In this document: piece by piece, positions 50,395 through 62,306 of the stretch | Layout: every line of letters starts with the position of its first letter | Numbering within the stretch: the first letter of the stretch is position 1 | From: Camelus ferus | Taxonomy: Eukaryota | Assembly: GCF_009834535.1 (NCBI RefSeq) | Contig: NC_045697.1 | Location: forward strand, 91,638,001 to 91,702,000 | DNA length: 64,000 bases | Direction of reading: 5' to 3' | Program-made: the position numbers and the translations under genes | The notes under the pieces: generated by a model | What the model saw: the letters and a program-made list of their open reading frames with translations, nothing else | Database searches by the model: none | What the model was told of the DNA's origin: nothing

Positions 50395-52860
50395 AAGCAA
50401 TTGGATTTAAGAGGATACCAGACACAGCAGAAGTAAAGATCAGCGAACTTGAAGATATAACAGAAACAAAACAATCCAAACTGAAGCATAGAAGATATGA
50501 AGTTGAAATAAATAAACAGAGCCTTAGTGGCATCTGAGACAATATAAAGCAGTATAAAATATTGCAATTGAATTTCAGGAATGAAGCAGACAAAAACATT
50601 GTTTAAAAATAACAAGAATTTTTCTGTATTTGATGTAAACTGAAAATCCACATACCCAAGACTCAGTGAACACAAAGCAGCATTTAAAAAAGGAAAAACA
50701 AAAAAAGAGGTACATTAGAATCAACTTTCTGAAAATCAGTGATACAAAGAAAATCTTGTGAGCAGCTAGAGAAAAAAACGACTTTTTACACTAAAGGGAA
50801 GGAAAGATAGGAATGACCTGTCACTTCTCATTAGAAGCACACATGCTAGAAAACCATGGAATGATATCTTTCAGCTGCTGAAAGGAAAAAAAGAAAACTC
50901 TGTAAATATAGAATTTCCTATCACAAAATATTTTTCAAAAATGGAGATTAAAACAATTTTCAGAGACGTTAAAAACATTTTCAGACAAACCAAATGAAAA
51001 ATTTTGTTATAGTAGACCAGCAATGCAAGAAAAAGCTAAAGAAAATCCTTTATAAAATATATGTGAATTTTTCTAAGTTTTCTAAAGGATAATTGATTGC
51101 TCAATAAAAAATATAATAACTGTATTACAACATTAATAAAATATTTAGAAATAAAGTACAACTAAAATAGCTAAATAAAGGGTGGAGGAGGATGAATCAT
51201 ATTATGTATGATAGTGTGATATAATTTGATGGTAGACTGATACGTTAAAGATGGATTAGTTAAATATAGAGCAATCACTAAAAAAGAAGATACTTCTACT
51301 TGGCAAATGAGGAGATAAAACAGAAAACTAAAAAAAAAACTACTCAATCCAAAAAAAAAAAAGAAGGAAAAAGTAGGAAAATTAAAAAACCCAAATCATG
51401 TGGGATAAATAGAAAACCCATAACAAGATGGCAGCTTTAAATCCAAACATAATGGTAATTATCTTACATGAATTGATTCAAACTCTCAATGAAAAAGCAG
51501 TGATCATCAGAATGGGAGGTGAGGGGGAAACAAATGTCTTAAAAGAATGGAAAAAGGTATATCATTCAAACACTAATGTTAGAAAGTAGGAGTATATATA
51601 TTAGGATCAGGAAAAAAGACTTCAGGAGTAGGAATATTTATAGAAATACAATGGATTATTTCATAATGATGAACTATTCACCAAGATGTACAATTCTTTA
51701 TGCAGGATTTTTGTGTCAATAACAGAGCTTCAAAATATATGAAACAAAAACTTAAAGGAAAAGTTGACAAATATTAATTATAATTGGTTATTTCAATATT
51801 GTCTCTCAGTAATTGATAGAACAGTAAGTCAATATGAATATAGAAAACTTAACAATGTCAACTAACTTTACCTAATTGACATTTAGTTAGACTGACATTT
51901 TAATTAGACTGGTCAAAGAAAAAAAGTAAAAACTATCAGTTGCAGAAGTGAAACTGAAAGAATGGGCATCCCTCCTGATTCAACAGAATATAAAGTAAAA
52001 CAAGGGATTGTTATGAACATTTTATGCCATTAAATTAAATAATCTTTCAGAAAATAGAAGAGGAAACACCTCCCAGTTCACTTAATGATACCAATATTAA
52101 CCTGGTACAACAGCTAAAATTCATTCCAAGAAAATAAAATTTAGGATCAAAATTCTCTTAATAATAGGTATAAAAATGTCCAACAAAATAACTGGAAATC
52201 AAATTCAGCAATAGAAGTGATAATAAATCATGATCAAGTGGAGTTTATCCCAGGAATGCAACGGTTTGAAAAGAATCAATTAATGCAATTCACCATAGAG
52301 TAAATGGGGAAGTACATACGATCATCTTGATAGATGCAGAAAAATAATTTGATATATTTCAACTACCACGCATAATAAAATTCCCAGTAATTTAAGAACT
52401 AATGGGGATTTCCTCAAATGGTTAAAGACAACCTATAGCTAACATAATGCTTAATAGTAAAAGACCGAATGCTTTTCCAACTGAAAAACAGGAACATGTC
52501 AAGGATGTCTACTTTTACCATCACTTTTATGTAACATTATACGAAAGGATTTAGTGTATTAAAGTTAGAAAAAGGTAATCAACAACATATAGATTGGAAA
52601 AGAACAAGTGAATCTCTCTATATTCACAGGTGAATAATAGTGAACAAGAAACTTTAAAAATAGTCATAAAAGCTGCTGAGTATTTGAATTCAGCAAGGTC
52701 TTAGGATACAAGACCAATATGTAAAATTCAGTTGTATTTTTAAATAAATATTTGTAACAAAAACTGGAAATAAGCATTAAAAATATCACCAAAATATGAA
52801 ATATCTAGGGATAACTTTAACAAAATATGTGTAAGACTTGTATACTGAAAATTACAAGAC
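50395..52860 (+). mobile_element. Old L1M ORF1-ORF2 remnant with many deletions
   Basis: ORF1-like 'gacacagcagaagtaaagatcagcgaacttgaagat'; RT-like 'gatcaagtggagtttatcccaggaatgcaa' and 'atagatgcagaaaaataatttgat'. Confidence 0.85.
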
Positions 52861-53660
52861 AAGAATGACTATTTTTAACACTGCTATTCAACATTGTACT
52901 GGAAATTTTAGCAAGAGCAATTAGGCAAGAAAAATAAATAAAAGGCAACCAAACTGGAAAGAACAAGTAAATATACATTGATAGATAACATGATTCTCAA
53001 TTTAGAAAATATTTAAAAATCCTCAAAAATACTATTAGAACTAAAATGATTTCAGTGAAGTTTCGAGACACATGATCAACATACAAAAATCCGTTGTATT
53101 TCCAGCCACTAGCAATAAATGATCCAAAAAAAAAAAAAAAACCCTTATGAGAACGATTCTATTCACAATAGTAGGAGGTGGGGAATAGCTCAGTGGTAGA
53201 GCACATGCCTAGCATGCATAAGGTCCTGGGTTCAATCCCCAGTACCTGCCATCAAAAAATTAATTAATTAATGAATTAACCTGATTATCTCCCCCCCCCA
53301 AAAAAAAAAAAAAAAACCTTAAAAAAACCCATTTACAATAGCATTAAAAGAATAAATTTAACCAAAAAAGTACAAAACTTATACATTAAAAATTTCAAAA
53401 TATTACTGAAATGAATTAAAGAAGGCCTTAATAAATGGAAAGCCACCCTTTGTTTGTGGATTGGAAGATTTGATATTGTCAAAATTGCAATATTTCCCAA
53501 GGCAATTTACACATTCAGTCTAATACTTATCAAAAACTTAATGGCCTTAAAAAAAACAAAAGAAAAACAAAACAAAACAAAAAAACCTTAATGGCCTTTT
53601 TTTGCAGAAATGGAAAAGCTGACCCTAACATTTGTGCAGAATTTCAGGGATCTCAAATAG
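52861..53660 (+). mobile_element. Second, less diverged L1 ORF2 (RT region) fragment, interrupted by a SINE
   Basis: 'ctattcaacattgtactggaaattttagcaagagcaattaggcaagaaaaa', 'aataaatggaaag...tggattggaaga', 'tttgcagaaatggaaaagctgacccta'. Confidence 0.88.
53174..53330 (+). mobile_element. tRNA-Ala-derived SINE (vic-1-like) with an intact tRNA-like head
   Basis: 'tagctcagtggtagagcacatgcctagcatgcataaggtcctgggttcaatccccagtacc' has Pol III A and B boxes and parallels tRNA-Ala(AGC). TSD attcacaatagta/atttacaatagca. Confidence 0.93.
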
Positions 53661-53664
53661 CTTT

Positions 53665-55620
53665 CTTTAATAATCTGATCCAAAGATACCTTGGTCCTCT
53701 CATCCCACATCATGCTGGTCTGCTACACTGAAGACATCATGCTAATTAGAACTGGGAAACAGAAAAGTAGGAAACAATTTAAATGCCTCAGAATCCCTCA
53801 TATGATTTCATGGAGCCTGCACATGGTTGAAATCTCTAGAATTTTAATAGTCTGGGAATACTGATGTGTTGCATTCAAAGTGAAAGATAAATTGCTGCCT
53901 TGCATTCTCCAGTACTAAGAAAGAAGCAGACCACCCTTTGGATTAGGGAGGCAATGTATACCATAACTGAGTAACCTTTTTTTTGAGTGACTCATAAAGT
54001 TGCCAGTTTTGAGTGGGACCAGTAGCAAAAGATGGCTTTAGAGACGCTCTGCGATACCATGCAAGCTACCCGATTACTTTAGCCTTGTGACCTAGTGGAT
54101 CCAATGTAGTTAAAGAGGCCACAACAGTTATGTATGCTCTATGGGAGCCTCTGCAGTCCACAGGAGAACTGCATTGCAGATCCTTAAGGTTCTGAAGCAA
54201 GGCTATACCTGTTTCACAAATAATTATTCTCTAAAACGGAGTTTACTATCAGGCCCTGTCCATGGAACCAAGTGACATGAGACCTAAGTAGCCTGTCATG
54301 CACTGGTGTTACCTGAACCACCAAGCAATAACGGAATGTGCAACAACATTCTCTTGTCACATGGAGGTTCATTTATGTAATATCAGTCTCAAATAGCCCT
54401 AAAGATGCAGGAAGTTTCAAGAGCAAGTGCTTAAACTCTCCACTGTACTTACTCCTGCTCCCTTGACATCTCTCACTCAATGCACACCTATGCCTCATGC
54501 TGTGTATCTATTATTATCTGACTTAGGAAGAAAAATTCAGGCTTGTTTATAGTTGGTTCTGCATGATATGCAGGAACCAGCCAAAATTGGTTGCTGTAGC
54601 ATTTCAGTCTAACTTAGGAGTGGTTAGGAGGGACTATAGGGAACAAAATCCTCCCAGTGGACCGAATATCAGGCAGTATATCCTGTTGTCCTGTTTGCCT
54701 GGAAATGGATATGGACAGAAAAAAAATGATCTACATGGATTCAAGGAAAATAGCTAACAGTTTATCCAAATGGTCAAGGACCTGGGAACAACACAATTGG
54801 GAAATCAGTGACAAGGAGGTGTGGGGAAGAGATACGTAGTTGGAACTTTGAAATGGACACAGACTGTAAGGATATTTGTGACCCACATGAATGCTCACCA
54901 AAGCACACCTACCTCAGAGGGGGCTTTCAGTGGTCAGGTGAATGAGATGACCTGTTCTGTGGGCCTGTAAGCTTCTTTTCATAGCAATTCTAGTGCTTGC
55001 TTAATGGGATCATTAATAAAGTGCACATAATGACATAAAAGGAGATTATGCATGTTCAAAAAAAATTTTTCTTTCTCACTGAGACTGGTCTGCTAAGTGT
55101 GTAGTATGTGAACAGCAGACGCCAATGTTAAGTCCCAGATATGGCACCATTCCTCATGAGAACCAAGTAGCCCCACTGTGGCAAGTTACTTACACTGGTC
55201 TTCTGTCATTGAGGGGTCAGTGGTTTATCCTCATGGAAATACTGTATCCTTTGTCTGCAATGCTTTTGTTATTATCACACAGGAGACAGGGTGTATACAT
55301 TGAGCCAGTGACAAACGTGGTGCTGTTTCCCCCGTGGCCAGAGCATGTGGAGGCGGGAATCAAGGTGTGAAAGTGAAAGTGACTCTGTCCAATGTTACTC
55401 CAAATTTATCTTCCAGTCGCCACGTGTTTGGCCTCTGTTGAGAGGTTTCAGTTCCTAAGGGAGAAATGTTTCCCACAACATTGATTCCACTGACCTGGAA
55501 TTAGAGATATCCCTAGCCGCTTTGGCATTCTCATGACAATCACCTGGCATGACATTGTCAATAACTGGCAAAAAAGATTGTCACTACGTTGACTAGATCA
55601 CTGATTCTGATTAAAGAGTA
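53665..55620 (+). mobile_element. ERV-L internal pol remnant (RT, RNase H, integrase, dUTPase region)
   Basis: 53712-53747 translates MLVCYTEDIMLI (ERV-L LVHYIDDIMLI). RNase H-like 'ggttctgcatgatatgcagg' and ANSLSKWSRTWEQHNWEISDKEVWGR; integrase-like LSPRYGTIP...WQVTYTG. Many stops and frameshifts. Confidence 0.9.
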
Positions 55621-55789
55621 GTATGTTGCAACCTATTGACTAAGCATATCAGCTGTCTGGGGTTCTTAAAAATTATAGAGTGATCTAAAACTTCACTCCT
55701 GAAGTATATAAATCATTAGTGGTCCTATTTGAAATTGAGTTGCTTTAATTTTCCACTAAGTTTTACTACTGGCTACAAAGTCTATTAGA

Positions 55790-56790
55790 GAAGATGAAAA
55801 TTATAAAGCACAAAATAAATACGTAACTATGAAATATCTTAAGTGTTATAAGAAGAGAATAACATGGAAATCACATTGAGGTCAAGGGATCAGGGAAGGA
55901 CTCTGAAGAAAAAAATCTGAGATGAGATCTTGATGATTTGCTTAGATTAGCATGGGGGAAGATTGGGGAAAGAGCATTCCAGGCCAAGTGAAATGCTGTG
56001 GAAATAATTTCTCTTGGGTGAGGAACTATATAAGGACTGATAAGGCTGTAATGTGTGAGCCAGGGTGACAGTGGCAACAGATAGGGTTAGAGAAGTAGGC
56101 AAAGGCCAGGTCATGCAGGGAGTCATACAAGATGCTAACGAATTGTGGCCTCTTTTATCAGCTAGGAGAAGACCTGAGGGGTTTAAAGTTAAGGGATTAG
56201 AAGAAGAAATTTTTGTTTTATAAAGAGATTTTCTGCTGAGGAGGGAGATTGAATTAAAGGTGACTAGAATAGAGAGCAAGAGGTTGATTATGATTATTGC
56301 ACTGATCCAGCTAATAGATAATAGTAATGGCAGAGGAGATGGAGAAAAAGGGCAAATGGGTGGATCAGAAATATATTTACAGGAAGAATGAACATGACTT
56401 GGTGATGGACGATGGACTGGAAATGAGGAAGAGGGAGGAATTAATGACAGTTTACAGGATCATGGCATGAAAAATTGGGTAAATGGAGGAATCATTTAGT
56501 GAGATGTAGTGACAGGAATTCAAGGAGATTTTGTATTGGGTTAACTTTTGGACATGTTATTTTTTATATGCTTGGAGATATCAAGTTAGGTACCCAACAG
56601 ACATTTGGATCTGTGGATTCTAGTCTCTTTTATTGATTGTGGTCACTGGCAAAAATTATTTTTGAATGAAAGAAGACAGCTAGGGATACAGAAAAGGGAA
56701 AGAAGATAAGCAGACTTAGGACAGAGACTTGGGGAAGTCTAACACTGTGAAGAGAAGAACTGAGCAAAGGAAAATTGGAAATTTTGCTAA
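55790..56790 (-). mobile_element. L2
   Basis: 'gatcagggaagg', 'aagagcattccagg', 'ggccaggtcatgcaggg', 'tggacatgtt...ggagatatcaagt' (antisense L2). Confidence 0.85.
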
Positions 56791-56964
56791 CTGAAGAGTA
56801 AAACTCCATATTTATATCCATAACTTGTGTTAGTAAATGATAATTATTTTGCATAAACTATCATTACTTAGCATAGGTTTATAATATATAATTATATAGC
56901 TGCATGTAACACACTTGATGATTCAACTACTGCATGTGATAAATGTTCTTGCCAGTGTAATTAT

Positions 56965-57190
56965 TCCTTTAAGAGTTAAGCATTATGTTTTAGAGTCAGG
57001 AACCTGAGTTCAAATTCCATCTTGGCTATGTGATCTTGCAAGGTGATTAACTTTTAGACCTCAGTTTCATTGCATGTGAAATAGATATATTAGCACCTCA
57101 TCTAAGGATTAGGAGAGTTAGTATCTCATATATATAAATCACATTGATAGATACACAGCAAATACTCTAAAAATGGTTAACTATTATTGT
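56965..57190 (+). mobile_element. MIR
   Basis: 'gttaagcattatgttttagagtcaggaacctgagttcaaattcc...ctcagtttcattgcatgtgaaat'. Confidence 0.8.
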
Positions 57191-57259
57191 GTTGTTATTG
57201 CTTTTGTTACTGTTGTAGTTTTTAGGATCTTGTGCTTGCCCCAGTTTTCCTTCCGTTCA

Positions 57260-57785
57260 CAGGGTATCACTATGCTGCTGTCTACTCTCTACTTACATCT
57301 TTTGTCTGGACTTGAGCAATAACAGGTTTGCTGCATCCCTGCTTCCTTCTTTTTATTCTCCTTATAGCAACCTTCTTAAAATATACATTGGATCACTTTA
57401 ACCCGCTCTTTAAACATTTTCAGTGCCTTCCATTTCCTACTTAACGCCCTGATTTACTCTCTGTTTTATCATCTTAATTACTCATTGACTTGTTTTCCTG
57501 TCTCTCCACTCAGATGTAATCTCCATCAGGCCACAGGAATCTAATTTGTTATTTTTGCTGCTATATCTCCAGATTTAGCATAATATCTGGCAGATATTAG
57601 GAGCTTAATAAATTCCTTTTATTGTACATGCATTATAATTTCCACCCCTTAAAATTGCTGAAGGCAAGGACTAATTTGTTAACCATTGTATTGCTACCGT
57701 CTAGTGAATTGGCCAGCACATAGTAACTACTCAATATATATCTGCTAAATGAAACAATGCATGAATAAAGGAATGAGTCAATTAA
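57260..57785 (+). mobile_element. L2 fragments with two 3' ends
   Basis: 'ttcctgtctctccactcagatgtaatctccat...gagcttaataaat' and 'gaaggcaaggac...gcacatagtaactactcaatatatatctgctaaatgaa'. Confidence 0.75.
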
Positions 57786-60354
57786 TCAAAAGTGATTCTC
57801 CAGTCTTAGCATCTCTAATAGCTAAGGCTACATTCTTCATCACAGAATATGAATATATTTGCACATTGGAAAATAAAAAATCAGTGCCAGAAGTACTTAA
57901 CATCATCGTGCCAAATGTGTAAAATATGAAATCAGCATGTCTTAATATGAGCTCTTTGAGAATAGGGAAAGCGTTTGCCTTTTCCATCACTGTATTCCAA
58001 CTCCTGGCACACAATCACATGTAGACATTCCCTCTTCAGCTGACCTGTAAGTAAGGAGGAAATATAATTATTACAGCACAACGTTAGATGGATTGCCTCC
58101 AAAAATGCCTTTGAACCAGTTGCTTCTGAGCAATCAGGAAACATATTGACCCACATTTCTGGGCAGTGTATTTTCTTCCTTCTCATCTGTGGCTTGTACT
58201 GGTAGACAAACAAAAAGAGGAGTTAATCAAAGGGTTCTCAGCTGGAATGTTTGACTTGCACACATATTCCTACACCTAATGGGGATTCGGTTATTTTTAA
58301 AATAACTTGCTAGTATGAAAGACAAAGTTTAAATTAAAAAAACTCATATGTATAGATCTAGATTAAGTCCCTTACCAATTCGTACTTCCTGACATCTCTT
58401 GGGACTATTGTAACCCAAGTTTCTTGGTTTGATTTAATAGAAGGGCAAAATCTCGTGTGGGAGAATTTGTATTACACCTCCTCTGTGAGGTGCACAGTTT
58501 CTTTCCTCTGAAAGCTAAGTTCAGGTGTGCTCTGGGATTTCTTTGACTTAAAAGACTTGAGTGTGTTAAAACTTTATAGCTATTGCTGGGATTGTAGGAT
58601 TTTCTGAGATTTAAGTCTCTGATTCTAGACCCCATGTCTGAGAATTTTTTTCTCGTTAGGAGAACACCACGTCCTAGACCTCCCTGCAGTGATAGGTGTT
58701 CTGAGGGTTAATGCTAATATTTAAAAAATACAGAGTTCTGCAGATGAAATATGCTTCTTTGGTTCAAAACATTAGTGATCCAGCTGAGTCCTTTCAGTTA
58801 TAAAAATCGAATCAAACATGTTTACTAGAATATTGCTTTCAGTGTGAATGCTACCCATATGTTTTAATATATCTAGCACATGCATAACTTATTAAAATAT
58901 CTTGCAGATGCGATTGGGTGAAAATGATGCACTTGAAATGTAATAATGTTTAATTTACCAAGTGCTTCATCACAGTCCTGGCATTAGAAAAACCTCAAAT
59001 TCTGTTTGGTAGATTTAGCAATAGAACTGTAGTAATAGAACTGAATCTTCCAGATAATTTAGTCCTCTCATATCACTCTGTCCTCCTGGTGGAAATTGCA
59101 TCTTTCCTTGACAAATTTTTTACTCAACTTTAAGATCGATCTGTATGATAATAACTGCCTGAAGTCCTCAATGTGACAAACTTTTCTGTGCCTCAACTGC
59201 GTTCTTATAATTTACTACTGCTGGTGTTTTCTGCATTGATTCGACGTTTTATTTCAGATGTACCACAAAAGATTGTGTTTCTTTAGATTCTGGAAATTAA
59301 GTTACTATTTTTCCTGTTTAGCAAAGCATCATGTATGCAGAGACATTATTAGCATCTTACAGATTACAAATTAGGCACAGTTGGAGACCATATCAATTTC
59401 CTTAGGCTGATTAGTATGGAGAAGCAGTAAATTACTAATAGTCCTGGACTTTGCCCACTATTGAATAGCATAGACTAAAATGTTCTAGAACCATTTTGTT
59501 CATATTCTCTGTGTTACCTTTAGGATAGAGTAGGAGATTTTTATGATTTGAAAGAACTCAAGTACCTTTTAAAGCCTGAAATATTTTAGGGTAGGAGAGT
59601 TGGGCTCTATAGCTACTATTTTGATGGACATTTTGGCCATCAGGTAAGAAAAAATGTATGTGAATAAATATTAAGAGATTGTAAGTATATACAAAAAAGA
59701 AAAGTACTTAACAAAAAAGTTGTCATCTTTTATGGAGATAAGTCAGAAGAGATAAAAATCTCTTTTCAAATCTTCAAAAAGGTAGTGCATAGTTGATTTG
59801 TATTAGATGTTGATTTAACAAGGTTTCCTTTGGTTAGCTTTATTAAAATGTTTGTACTGTACCTGTAAAATAGTTTATTTCATTGAATATTATTATTATA
59901 CTTATTAATAATGTTATCAAATATTTATTGAGTTTCTTGCTTAATGCTTGGCACATAGAAAGCATTAAACAAATAATTCTTGAATTCATTAAATTATATT
60001 GAAGACAATTAATTTTTAATATAGTCTATATTAGCACTAAGGTGTGTTTAGAGCCAAATGCAAACAATACATCTAAAATTAAACTTCGCCTAGTCTGCTT
60101 ATTCTAGACCACATGTTATTGAGAACAGTTGGATTTTAGATCTAAATATTATCCATTGTTTTCTATAACTTTAGTCGTATAGATGTCAGCTTAACACAAA
60201 TATGGAGAATGAATTTAGGACCTTGAGTAAGAGACTCCTGGGTGCATGGCCACAGTGCCTGCCTTAATAGTTAATAGTACCTGGTAGATACTTACTAGTC
60301 CCTGGTAAAACCTCAAGGTGGAGGACCCCTCAGCAATTAAACATACTTTCCTTC

Positions 60355-60643
60355 CCTGGGATTCCTCAGAGTGCCTTCCACAGAACTCAGAGTCCTTCTG
60401 AGTTGTTCCAGAAAAAAAAAAAGATTCTATATCCAAATAAGTTTGGGCAGTATTGTCTGCCATAGCTCTATCCTGGTGAGTCATAATGCACACTAGCACA
60501 TTAACTCAACAAGTGCCGAAAACATATGTCCATTTAACAGAACGTTTCTTAAAATATGTTTGACCGTGGGATCTTTTTTCAAATCAGTTCCATTAACATC
60601 CCAAGGATCTAACTGCTCTTCAGCATACTTTTTGGCAATGCTG
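60355..60643. mobile_element. MER103C-like hAT-Charlie DNA transposon
   Basis: Internal inverted motifs 'ccaaataagtttggg' and 'aaatatgtttgaccgtggga'; 'cataatgcacactagcacatta'; end 'catactttttggcaatgctg'. Confidence 0.7.
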
Positions 60644-62255
60644 TCTCAACATGCTATTGATAATTTATACTAATTGTGAAAGCAAGATGAGGAAAAAGAA
60701 AACAGGAAGATTTTGGAAATTAGAAAAAGTTGGAAGGGGTGCTCTTGAGGGAGAAAAAGAAGCAGACTGGGAATCCATGGGGGTGATGGAGACCAACTTC
60801 ACAATTCGTCAAGTGGTAGTCAGTCTGTGATTTCATAACTGTTAACAAGTACCATATGTAAAAGTTAGGGATCTCGTTTGGTGCTGGGACCATTGTCCAT
60901 AATGATTCAGAAATAAAATTCACTGGAACCAAGGGACAAAGACGATTAAAATAGTTTAACCTAGAACACAAATGGAATCTAAATGGAGATGAAAACAGTA
61001 AAGAAAAATCATAAAATCACAACACAGGAGGAAGCCTTGAAAGATTCTATTCTATCTCTGCTCCATTTCGGAATTTCTTTATTTAAAGCAAAACATCCAA
61101 TTACTTTGTTGATAAATTTTCCTAATTTCGTAACTGTTATGTCATTAAATTCTTTATAATATCGAATCCAAATCACTTCTCTTACAATTTGAGCCTGTTC
61201 CCTCATGTCCTGCCTTTGTGTGCAGATTGGTTTATTATCACTTAATGGAATTTTGTCATCTTTCATCTGAATTTTTTAACTCACCCATTCTTGTCCTTAG
61301 TAAAAGGGATTTAAAATGCGTTCTGAAGCTAAGTTTCTGCCACGGAGAAAATAACAGCTATGTCTTCTTCATTTTTGACTGAAGTGTTTTCAGAGCCTCC
61401 CACACAAAATGAGAGACAACTATACATAAGTACCTATTTGCTGGGAAGAGGAAGAATGAGGTTTTCAGTAATGTATTTGAGAAAAAGCTGAGATTTCTCT
61501 GTATTTGGCACCTGGAAACACAAAAGCAGTTTATATGTGGATAAGTTACTGACTTAATAACTGCCCAGATAAATAAAGTTAGGCAGCATGTGGATTTTTC
61601 AATTCTCTTTCAAGTCAAGTCTCTAGTAAGAAAGAGAGACTTTGCTGGTGTCAGGTGGTGCTTCAAGGACAGGAAAAGCACCTTGGCAAACAGGCGCAGG
61701 TGCTCAGAAGGGATTCTGGATTGCGACTCTGCTCCCAGAGTGCTTTTGAACACCATGAAGAATGCATTCATCTACTTTCAGTTCAATAATTAATGTCGCT
61801 TTTCCTACAGCTACTCTTAGAATAACAAATACCGGCAATGACTCAAGACTTTAAAGGGATTTCATTTAAGACACTTGGTTCAATGGCATATGTTGGCCTC
61901 GATGGGTATATGTTTTAAGTCTTAGAGTGACATAAAGTGGAGATAATTTTTTTTAATTAGAGGAATTTTTATGACCCCTAAGAAGAAGTAGTAGGCTACT
62001 TGATAGAATATTTTACAACATTTTTATTTATCATAAAAAGGAGAGCAAAGTCTTCAAATGATTGGCATAGTGCTATAGAACCAAGCTCTAATTGAAAGCC
62101 AGATGATTATTTGCACTTGACGTGGAAGGTGACTTTGCCTTCAGAACTCTGGAGTTGTTTCATTCAGAGCTCGGTGCTCCCCAAAGGGATGTCAGTCCAG
62201 AGTCTCGTCTGAATTCTAAGGAAATTCTGAAAGTGAAGCAACTGCATGGAGAAAA

Positions 62256-62306
62256 TCTCTCTCTCTCTCTCTCTCTCACTCTCTCACACACACACACATT
62301 CACACA
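62256..62306. repeat. (CT)n(CA)n compound microsatellite
   Basis: Direct reading. Confidence 0.92.

Noticed and set aside
53174..53250. tRNA-Ala(AGC) gene
   Set aside because: It has a SINE body, poly(A) tail and TSD, and two related copies occur in the window; it is a SINE head.
59524..59643. 120-nt coding exon ending in the strong donor CAG|gtaaga
   Set aside because: Stops in all three frames; the shorter 54-nt open variant has a poor acceptor.
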